Assembly: GCA_002269645.1 (NCBI GenBank)
Contig: NIVC01000006.1
Span: 186,001-250,000 of the forward strand
DNA from: Macrostomum lignano
Lineage: Eukaryota
DNA length: 64,000 nucleotides
Reading direction: 5' to 3'
A program made the position numbers and the translations under genes. Below are positions 12,830 to 22,403 of this stretch, one piece after another. Numbering within the stretch: position 1 is the stretch's first letter; each line of letters begins with the position of its first letter. The notes below the pieces were generated by a model. The model saw only the letters and a list, made by a program, of their open reading frames with translations, was not told where the DNA came from and searched no databases.

Positions 12830-13160
12830 TGGGGCCATAGACCACGGCGCTCTGATGTGCCAGCGGCCCAGGCTCGATTTCAAGTGCAGTAACATTCATT
12901 TGGGGTCAAATTCAAATCTCGGCTTGGCTCTGCTCGTGCAAATTATTAACGCCTTTGTACCAACACCCAAAGCACAGTGAAGTGGGGCTGAATTGGAATC
13001 TCGTCTTGGCTCTGCTTTTGCAATTAACGGCCTTGAGAGCCAGCCCCCCCAAGGCGCAGTGAAGTGTACATGCCTAACGATAAATAAAGTCAGGGCCGAT
13101 GTGCACTCCTGTGTGAGCGCGTGTGCTCAGGGGTCAGCGGTATGGGCATGGCTGCTTGCC
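12830..13160 (+). mobile_element. Composite SINE family 1 copy with its middle segment duplicated
   Basis: An old head and middle (12830-12982) is followed by a second GGGGCTGAATTGGAATCTCG...GCCTAACGATAAATAAAGTCAGGGCC segment closer to the young copies. Confidence 0.75.
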
Positions 13161-13236
13161 TCGTCTTGATATGCGGCGAGCACCCAGAACCCCACGTCTA
13201 TGGCAGAAATGCCTCATAACTATAAAGCCTGCAGCT

Positions 13237-16200
13237 ATGCTACTCGTGAATGTGCCGGCTTCATCTGCTAGTAAAATGACTTCTATTGTCAAGCCATCGT
13301 CATCTGCTTTAACTTCAGCAGGCACCGAGGACTGCTCAAACAACAACGCTATGCAGACTAAATCCTCTCCGCCAGACGAAGATGACTTCGACGACACGAA
13401 ATCGTCAAAGAGAAGGCGCAGAAGAAAGAAGCTGAAAGACGACTTTGAGCTGCCGGTGAGTGAGCTGCAGGGTTTTACCATGCGCCAGCCTATACCTAGG
13501 TGCAAAAGAGTCTGATCTTGTGACAGATCCTCTAGCACAGCTGCTGTGTTTTCGTTACCATTTTTTGCTCAGGGATGAAAGTGTCAGAACTTTTTGCACA
13601 CCCCTCGTACAATATGTAATTAAAACATCGTACGTAACTACTAAGTAAGTAGCTTTCTTAAGGGGGGCCGTAGCCCAGCGGTCTAGCGCAGGCTCTGGTG
13701 TGCCAGCGACCCAGGCTCGATTCCAAGTGCAGTCACATTAATTTGGGGCTGAATTGGAATCTCGGCTTGGCTCTGCCTTGCAATTAACGGCCTTGAGAGC
13801 CAGCCCCCCAAGGCGCAGTGAAGTGTACATGCCTAACGATAAAAATAAAGTCAGGGCCGCTGTACACTCCTGTGTGAGTGTGTGCCTGCGTACGTATCCG
13901 CGCGCTTGTATGCCTGCTCAGGGGAGTCGGCGGAATGGGCAGTAATGCCTCTCGCCGGTTGTGTGCCTATGTCGCTTAAAGTGCGCCAGGGTGCACACAA
14001 CCCCCCTGCCTCTAATAAAAAAATAATAAAGTAGCTTTCTTGACAGTTTTGTACAACCTATATTACTCAATTGGCTTAATCAGGCTTAATGGCTTAATCA
14101 GGAGACTTGAAAGATTACTTTCGCCTCCAAGCAATACTCAAGCCAGACTCCCAGTATTGACGCTTCTTTAAGTTGGAGGCACCATTTTTAAGATAACATC
14201 TCCGAGCACAGGCTACCGCTACAGCATTGTGAGTTTGCGGGAGGGCTTCAGGCACTTTTAGGCTTTAGACAGCGAGGAGACAAGCAGTGGTGCCCATTCC
14301 TAAGATGCGGCAGTGCACAGAATCAAACCGGGGATCGCGGTGCGAGGGTGCGACGCGTTGCGATTAAATCCGGGGACGCAACATCAACTCCACCGCCACA
14401 GTTTGATGATATATAAAAACATCAAACTTTACAGGAGAGCCTGCCCAACGTGTTCGAGTTCAGCACCAGCCTCTACCGGTTCACGGAACACCTGGCTGAG
14501 TTCACCAAACTCTACCAGGAGGTGTTCCCGCAGCTGATGGCCGATAAGAACAAATATTTCATCAGCACCGAGCAGCAGGGAGTCGGCTGTCTGGACCTGC
14601 TATTTGAGACATTCTGCAAGCACCTCGGCATGGAGAAACTAAAAAATTTGCCCAACGGCAGCGGCGAGCGAGTGTTCTGCTGGCTGGGCAAGCGCAAGGC
14701 CAGTGAGATCCTGCCAACTCTGCGGCCGAACCACCACATCGTCAACCGCCTGCCGATGGACGTATTCCTCAAAGACAAGCAGAGCCTGGCGTTCACCCTG
14801 CAGTCCAGCATTTTCCAACGGGGCATCGGTTACCCGGAGCACGACTGTCGGCACAACGGCGGGCGCCGGCTGCGCCATCAGCTGCTGTGCCCGCACCAGT
14901 ACGCTGAGCACAGCTTCCAGCACTGCCAAGTCCCGGGATGCTTCGAGGCCCTTCGGCTGGAGGCGCGCGCTGAGCGTCAGCTTATCGACCTGCACAACGG
15001 CGACTTGTGCCCGTGCTTCCGGGCGAACTACTTCGTGCCCGAGACTCGCGTTTTCGCCTCCTCGGTGCAGCAGAACGTCTTCATCGAGGAGGTCAGCAGG
15101 CTCGCCCCCGACTCGCAGTGGATCGTCAAGCCGTCCTACCTGCGCCGGGGTCGAGGCGTCCGAGTTCTGCCCTCAGTCAAGCATCTCAAATCCTTTCTAA
15201 AAGTGGAAACCCGACAGCGGTTCATGTGGGGCCAGGACTATGTGGTGCAGCGGTACATCAAGAACCCCATGTTGACCAATGCCGGGCAGAAGTTCGACGT
15301 GCGAATGTTCCTCCTGGTGGTTGTGTGCCGCTTCTGGCGCGTTCTCGGCTTCCTGCACCCCGGCTACGTCCGCAAGGTAGCCCGGCCGTACAAGGAGATG
15401 CGCCAGGACGACCGCTTCGACCCTAGGGAGCATCTGGCCAACACGCGCATCTGGCGACGCGCTAACGCGGTCGTCAGCACCCCCAACGCACCCGCCGCTA
15501 GCGGGGCCTCATCGCAGCGGTTGAAAGGATCTTCCAGTTCCATCAGCTCCGCCGTCGCCGCTGTTGCCGCCCCCCTGCCGGAGTCCCTGAACTCCGTCAA
15601 CGATATGGACGATGTGACGTCAGTCATGAATATCGCCGACTCCGGTGTCACCTTCAACCGACTGTCAGCGCAGCAAGCCAGCCTGTCAACAGAGCAAGTA
15701 CCTGCGTCGCTGTGGACCCAGAGTGGCTTCTCAGAGTGGCAGCAGCAGCAGCAGCAACAACGACAGCAGCAGGCAATGACGCTGACCTGCCCAAGACAGC
15801 AGCAGCTGAATCAACAGCTCCCGTGCGCTCAGCAGAGCCAGCCCTTTCAATTCCAGCAGCTTCTGCAGCAGCGGCAGAACAGCGCCAGGTCTCGATTAAA
15901 AACGCCAAAAAAAACTTCTAAATCACCGGAACCGTTCGAGCCTGTCCCGCTGACCGGCTTCTTCCGACAGTCATTCGAGTCCGACGAGTGCGAGGAGTTC
16001 AACTACGCTGTGCGTCACGGCTGCCTGAAGGGCAACAGAGCCAACCTGCCGCTGCTGCTCGGCACCATGCGCATTCCTGGAGCCAGGCACTTGGCCGCGT
16101 CACTTCCAACAGCGAAAATGTCTGCCAAGCAGCAAAACTGGAGCAGCGCCAAGCCGCAGAGTAAAAGCAAGCCAACAGCGGGAAATAAGCAAGGCAAGCG

Positions 16201-17077
16201 GAAGCAATCTAGTGTCCGGATGCGTGCCACCGAGACCAGGGAGCTGCTGGAGCCGTTCATTATGAATAAATACTTCATCCGCCGCCTTCAGCAGATGGCT
16301 ACTCGAATCTGCGAGGGCGTGTTCGATCAAGTCAAGGAGAAGTCGAACTGCTACCAGCTGTTCTCGTTGGACATCTGCATCGACTCGTTCGGCGATCCCT
16401 GGCTGCTGGAGGTGAATCCCACCATCATTACCGAGGATGTCAACTGGAACAGCGGCACCATACGCCAGGTGGTCCCGGCGGTGTTCAGCGAGAGCTTGGG
16501 TCTCGCACACGAGTGCACCCGAAAGTCGCTCAATTTCTTGGCCCTTCGAACGCCCAGTAGTTACCAGCGCAAGCCCAACGACTTGGTGTTTCGGCAAAAC
16601 TTCCTGTGGATGTACAACACCCCGGCGAAGAGCTGCGAGATGTCCGAGCTGAAGAGTCTGAAGTACGGAGTGGACAGCATGCACAAGCAGCAGCTGGCGA
16701 GTCGAGGCATCGAGTACGTGCCCGTGGACTATTATCCTAAACGAAACCTGCGTCGAATCAGCAAGAAGGAGTCCCGGCAGCTCAACGACCAGAAGAAACA
16801 GCCAAAATCAATCGCGGCCGCGTCCGCTGCTAGCCGGTGCATCTACCGTTTCCCCTCGCCCGTGCGCTCCGTACCTGTGCTGGAGGAGGACCTGGCGCAC
16901 AGCACCCGATACATGCGACTTCAACCAGACATTGTTGGCCGCCAGCTGATGGTTCGCCAAATTGAGGCCGAGGCCAGGGCCAGGCGGAAGGAAACCATGG
17001 CTCGGCGATGTGCCACACACCAGGACAGCCTGGCGAAGCGATCGGTCACGGTTAGGCACAGAGTGCAGGCGGACTAA
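13237..17077 (+). CDS. TTLL10: Tubulin-tyrosine-ligase-like (TTLL10-like, glycylase-family) protein; probable exons 13237-13455, possibly 14193-14228, and 14435-17077
   Basis: ATP-grasp motifs FVPETR, WIVKPS..RGRGV, VVQRYIKNP, KFDVRMFLL, HLAN and FSLDICID...WLLEVN. RRLQQM and QVVPAVFSESLGLAHECTRKS align with TTLL10 as I recall it. The ORF-track start at 14450 is GTG; acceptor TTTACAG at 14434 and donor CCG|GTGAGT at 13455 are both phase 0. The 5' exons and subfamily call are less certain than the TTL domain. Confidence 0.85.
13662..14028 (+). mobile_element. tRNA-derived SINE family 1, full length (about 370 bp), with target-site duplication
   Basis: A box TAGCCCAGCGG 13671-13681, B box GGCTCGATTCC 13714-13724, A-rich tail, and TSD AAGTAGCTTTCTT at 13647-13659 and 14029-14041. 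It lies in the first predicted TTLL intron. Confidence 0.92.
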
Positions 17078-17375
17078 CCAGACCTCAAGTATTAGAACTG
17101 TTGCTTACCAATAGCTAGGCGTTCTTAACCTCTGCTTAGCAACTTAGAGTAAACATTTTTATTTCTATTTCTCCCGATTTAGTGAATGCAGCAGACACCC
17201 TGCGCTGGTTTGTAAGTGTTCGTTGTAGGATAACCAGTAACTCGAATAATAAGTAAAACGAAGCATTTAAAACTCAGTCTTAGCCAGCAGCATGCAGTTA
17301 GCCATCTCAATGTCGCTTTGCAACATGTGTTTTTATTTATTGCACACCCTAAAAATTCATAGTAGCTGTTAAAGT

Positions 17376-20300
17376 CTAATGCGTGTATCGAACGCTTCCG
17401 TCGGCCTCGAACTTCACCTTTCTTAGAAACAGTCGCCTACGATTTCTAAACTTGGCGGCCTGCAGCCACAGGAATTTGAGATACGGCCTGCATACGGCGA
17501 AGCTGTCCCAATGGCTCCAAGAGTTCGGGCAGCCGCCTCCGCGGTTTGTCATTGAATTCGCCGTCTCGGCACTTCGACGCGTCTTCCATCGGAGGCATCT
17601 GGCGCGGCAGGGCATGCAGTTGCTGCGATTGGAGATCCGCAATTTGGCGTAGAGGATGCTCAAGCCGCTGAATGGCGACGGCAGGGTGGGCAGGACGGAG
17701 TACTCGCACAGCATCCGAATTCGGTGCTTGTTCCAGATGACAAAGGTTTGCTCAGCCTTGGTGTTAACTGTCAGGCTGAACTTGGCAATCAGCAGGTTGA
17801 GCAGAGCCAAGTTCACGAACAGGTAGATGTGTATGAATAGGGCCAGGTAGAGTCGAAGTCCGTCCCGATGCGGACAGAGGCAGTCGCTTCCGGCCAGGTC
17901 GGAGCAGTTGCTCGACTCGGAGCGCCTTTCGCACGGGCGTAGCGAGTCGATTTGGAACTCGCCGAAAGCCACGAGCATCGGGCGCGAGTAGATTTCCACC
18001 AGGGATTCGATAGAGCCCATCTTCACGGCTCCATTGTCGGAGACTCGATAGAGCCGTCCACCCGGGCTCAGCACCGATTGGAAGAAGACTCCGAAAGCCA
18101 CCGTGACCAGCACGAAGATGGACAGAAACGGCAGCAGGTCGTCAACAATCAGCGTCTTAAGGATGCTGACGGTCGGTCCGGTACGCCGGAACACGGTGAG
18201 GTTGTACAGCCAGCGGATGCTGAGCAGCACGTACGATGCAGCCAGGACGAGGCGCAGGTAGTACTCGTACTCGGCCGAGCCGCTGCCGCCTGGGTCAATA
18301 GCGCCAAAAACCGCTAAGCCGGTGAGGCTGACGAGCTGGAGAATCGCCGGCAGGAGCAGCTCGGTGCCGCGCCAGACCCCGGACAGATCCGGCCACCAGT
18401 GCTCGGTGCGACTGCGATGGCGATGGGGGGGAGAATGTTGTAAAGTGAGTTTCGAAACGTCTAAGCATTGCATCTGCGGATAAAGAGAATGGGGCAGGGC
18501 AGCTCGGTGGCTAAACCTGTCAAAAGGCCCCTCCTCTCCCTGCAAACTAGTTAAATAACCACCAAATCGCACGATTGATATATAAATGGGCGAAAAATAT
18601 GTACAAGCGGTCTGATCACGCACAAAATGTTACTATGACTAGATTAATGCAAACGCCTGCAGTAAAATTGAAAACATGAGTCATTCTACCATTTTTAGAC
18701 CGATTCTAATACCCTTAGATGTTCATTGATTATTGATTGACACTGATTAAGATATCCTAGAATGATTTCGAGTACTAGGTTGCGAGCCTAGTGAGTGGGT
18801 TTGTAGCCTAGTGGTTAAAGCGTCGGACTTGCGAACAAAAAAGTCGAGGGTTCGAGTCTCAACCAACTCGGAGCAATTTGTGTCCTTTAGCAAGACGCTT
18901 AACTTTGCACTGCTTCAGTTCGCCCAGCTTTTAAATGGGTGCCAGCATTAGCTGGGGTATTTGAGGGTGTGTGGCGACCCCCCCCCAGTCTATCTCGCCG
19001 CGCAATAGCTGTGGCTGAGCTGTCGGTTGCACATCAGCCCATTAGGGCAGGTGTAATCATTACCATTTATTATATGACGAGCCCGCAACCGCAAGTGATA
19101 CTAAAACTTGTATCCAGACTCGCTGTCTGGAAATGGGAGTTCGTGCGTTCAAGACACCTAGACTCGTTTCTTCTCTCTCTCTCTCTCTCTCTTCGCATTC
19201 TTTAGTGTGCTACTAAGGCGAACTCTTCGAATCATTGAGCACATTTCAATAGCTCACCGAATAATAACGCAGCCAAGAACGAGGTGGTCAACTACAAAGA
19301 CTAACAGCAGGCTGATTGCAGTTGGCTGTTGCCAATTTGAGGCGCTGTCGCCGTCGCCATCCATTAGGAGAAACACGGTGAACAAGACTGTAAACACCGC
19401 TAGCGATGCCGCGTGCAGAATGAACCGACTGGACGGTGAGAATCCCCTTCTTCCGGCACTGCAGCAGTTGGATCGGCCGCACGAGTGACAGAGCGGACCG
19501 GAGTTCGCTACCCATCGACGCTTCACCAGCATGCGGATGCAGCGGGTGGACAGGGCCTCGTCGCATCCGGCTGCCAGCAGCAGCTGCAGGATGGTGTAGC
19601 GCTGGCCTGCACTGCAAGCGTGTTTTTAGAGTTCAAGGGTTAACGAACTCGGTAAGAACTTCAGTTTTTAATAATTAGTACTAAACTCGCAATGTTTCTT
19701 CGTCCAAACAACAGATACTGGAATAACTAGATGGGCCACTCAGCACATTTGCGTGTAAGCTACTCTCAGTTCAGTAGTAAGTTAAACAGAAGCATTTTAA
19801 TGTATTTTTAAAGCCAAGACTCAATTTATTGGCTCTTAACCGGCCCCAGGCTTAAACCCTCCAACAGCTTAGCTCACATCACCTTTCTATGTTCTCGACG
19901 CTCGAACGACCCTCGCGTAGCACCGGCAGCTCGATGGCCGAAAATGTCGGCCCTTCTCCGTTGATCTCGCCGTGCACGTACGCGTCAATGCGTTGACGTT
20001 CCTGAGAGGCAAAGTAGAATTTTAACCAACTTTGATAGATAGGTTATTGTGCTTTTTACCTTCTTTAATACTCCGGCTCACTTTCTCAGAAGTGGCTCCA
20101 TCGTGCAGGCTGTTCAACGCGTTGACCAGCACGCTCTCCGCGCTCTGACGCATGTCGGCCACGCACCGGTGCCGCACCTGCCTCATCCGGGTGCACATTA
20201 GCAGCACGCGCAGGCAGCTGGGCACCAGATCGAACGGCCGCGCCAGCAGCATCTCCTCGACGATCCGACTGCGACCAAGCGACACCGCCAGGTCAAGTGG

Positions 20301-22355
20301 GTCCAAGCAGTCGGCGCCGTTAAGGTGCTCCGGCCGCAGCTGGGCGAGTCCTTTCCCGATGTAGGGCAGCGCCGATGTGCCGCCGTCCGTGGCCAGATAG
20401 CCGAGCAGGTCGCAGCAGAATCCGCTACTCCATGCTCCGTCCAGGTGGCCAAGCTCCAGCAGGCTGACGAAAGCCTCTGGACTGTCCTCGCCGATGGCGG
20501 CAACCAGGAGGCGCAGTGGCAGCGGGTACTGCCGTCTCTCGCGGCCTCCCGTCTGCCAGTAGCGCTGCCCGGACTCGTAGCTGGCAGCTTTGTCAGTGTC
20601 ATCACGACCGTCGTCGTCAGCTTGACGGAACAGGCGGCCGCTGTCGTGCTCGTCGCTGGCGGCGCACAACGGCCCGAGGAGGCGGCGCGCCCGAGCCCGG
20701 CTGGCGTCGTCCGGTCGCGGTCGAGGCGAGCCAAGGACGGGGTCCAACAGCAGCAGCGTTTGACGCCAGATGCTCGGCTCGGCTCCAGAGCAGCGCTGGC
20801 GAAGTCCAACCAGTTGACGTCGACGAGCGAGGATGTCGACGGCGGATTCGCCTCGGTTAGTGCGCTCGCCAGTCAGGCGGAGGCCGGTGAGCAGCCAGGC
20901 GAGGCGGCCGAACTCGCAGGCGAAGTGGAGGCACGAGTAGCCAGCGTGCGGTCCAGTGGTCACCCGCTCTGCGCAGAACTCCGCCCAGCGCTGCGGGCCC
21001 AAGCAGCGCAGTAGAAGACTCGCCGCCGCGCGCGAGCTCGTTGAATCGTCGTGATGAGCGTAGAACACGTGCGCCAGGTTAAAGCCGTCGCGATTGCGGC
21101 AGCCCCGTGGCGTGGAGGTCGCCGCTGCTGCCGAATCGGGTGCCGTCGACGAGTCGCGCAGCAGATGCGGCAGCAGAGTCCAGTGCCCCGTGGCGACGCA
21201 CTTCATCAACGGAGTGTATCCGCCGCTGTTCACCTGGTCCAGACTGAGACTTGGGTCAATGCGGAGCATGTCGTGCATCAGTTGGACGATGTCTATCGCA
21301 CTGGCTTGATGGTTGTGGGACAAGCTTGGCTGCTGAGAACCGTTAGGAATGGAGGCGAACCTGCAAGCAAATCGGTTTTTATTTGATGAAATATGCATCG
21401 AAGGATTTAACAATGACGTACTAATCAAGGACGGTGGCTGGTAAGAGGTCGAAATGGGGTGAGTTACTGAAAATACGTTCGCTGTTACTCGTAGAATCGT
21501 AGACTTCAAGAAATAAGTTGGAAAGATTTGGGTGCATGATTCATGGTTGCTATGGTCTTTATTTAATTCGTAGAGGAGGTTTTGAAGTACTGCCGCAAAT
21601 CAGGCGGGCACACAGCCCTCACACGGGGTGTACAGCGGTTGTGTGAAATGCACAGCAACCTTTATCATGTCAAGTCACGTGCATGATCATTAAATGAATT
21701 TGAACGAAAGTCATTGCATCCGGCTTGCTTACCCCTCCGACGGGCGTCTCCCGTGACTATTCAGGCACGCATCCGCAGGCGAAAGCACACCGGCGCTTCT
21801 CGCAGCCAGTGCGTGCAACGCCGAATTGCCGGCAGCGTCGAGGCGGCCGGGCCGGGCGGAGCCAAGGTCCAGCAGTAGGCGCGCCGATTTCAGATGCTTT
21901 CGCTGGCAGGCCGCGTGCAGAGCGGTGCAGCCGGAGCGGTTGGCCCGTTCGGGGTTCACGACGGACCTTGTTTGAGTATAATTGAGGTTGCACGCATTAG
22001 ACTCTAAGATTCGGTTTCAATAACATATTGAAATATCTTATTTACTCTAGCTCGATTTGCTTTCGCACCTGTCCAGCCGCAGCAGCAGCTCCAGAACTTC
22101 CGTGTGTCCGCAAGCCGCCGCCTCGGTCAGCGCCGTGTCGCCGTCATTGTCAGGCAGCTCGGCGGGGCAGCCGGCGGCCAGCAGGCAGGCCAGCAGCTCC
22201 GGCCGGCCCCAGTGGGCGGCCACCTGGGCGAGGCCGCAGCCACCGGAGATGCGAGCGTCCGGACAGGCGGCCGGCTCGGCCAGAAGGCGGCGCAGCAGCC
22301 GTAGGTTGCCGTCGGCGATGGCCGCCTCGGCCTGACGCGACCAGCTGGTTGACAT
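17376..22355 (-). CDS. Ankyrin-repeat TRPM-like cation channel, about 1137 aa; exons 22355-22069, 21966-21733, 21360-20082, 20001-19883, 19611-19258, about 18516-17376
   Basis: Exons 1-3 carry ANK repeats (GDTALTEAAACGHTEVLELLL, GCTALHAACQRKHLKSARLLL, GYTPLMKCVATGHWTLL, GYSCLHFACEFGRLAWLL). Exons 5-6 carry pre-S1 (TILQLLLAAGCDEALSTRCIRMLVKRRW), S1-S2, S4-S5 (TGPTVSIL..DDLLPFL..FGVFFQSVLSP), pore (RPMLVAFGE), S6 (NLALLNLLIAKF) and TRP helix (IWNKHR..EY..LPSPF). All five GT-AG introns are phase compatible (2,2,0,2,2). The last acceptor is the least certain. Confidence 0.85.
18797..19075 (+). mobile_element. tRNA-derived SINE family 2 with a CORE-like central domain
   Basis: A box TAGCCTAGTGG 18804-18814, B box GGTTCGAGTCT 18849-18859, then GTGTCCTTTAGCAAGACGCTTAAC...CCCAGCTTTTAAATGGG. 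Related copies at 35122 and 43550. Confidence 0.8.
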
Positions 22356-22403
22356 TGCTTGGGGAGACAAAAATTCCCCCTCTCTGTTCAGCAGTTGCGT
22401 TGC

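Larger units (their letters stand above)
8262..13080. repeat. Tandem segmental duplication carrying the Rac-like genes (copy 1 about 8262-10659, copy 2 about 10660-13080)
   Basis: GTTTCAGTCA...AAAAGTAAGTCAAACAGCAGGATTTGTG occurs at about 8276 and about 10675. Flanks on both sides of the CDS align, with indels. Confidence 0.92.

Noticed and set aside
14450-14452. Start codon of the 875-aa TTLL ORF
   Set aside because: It is GTG, 15 nt inside an exon that begins after a TTTACAG acceptor at 14434.
18797-18870. tRNA gene
   Set aside because: A and B boxes are present but there is no convincing acceptor stem or anticodon arm, and the sequence continues into a body shared with two other dispersed copies, so it is a SINE head.
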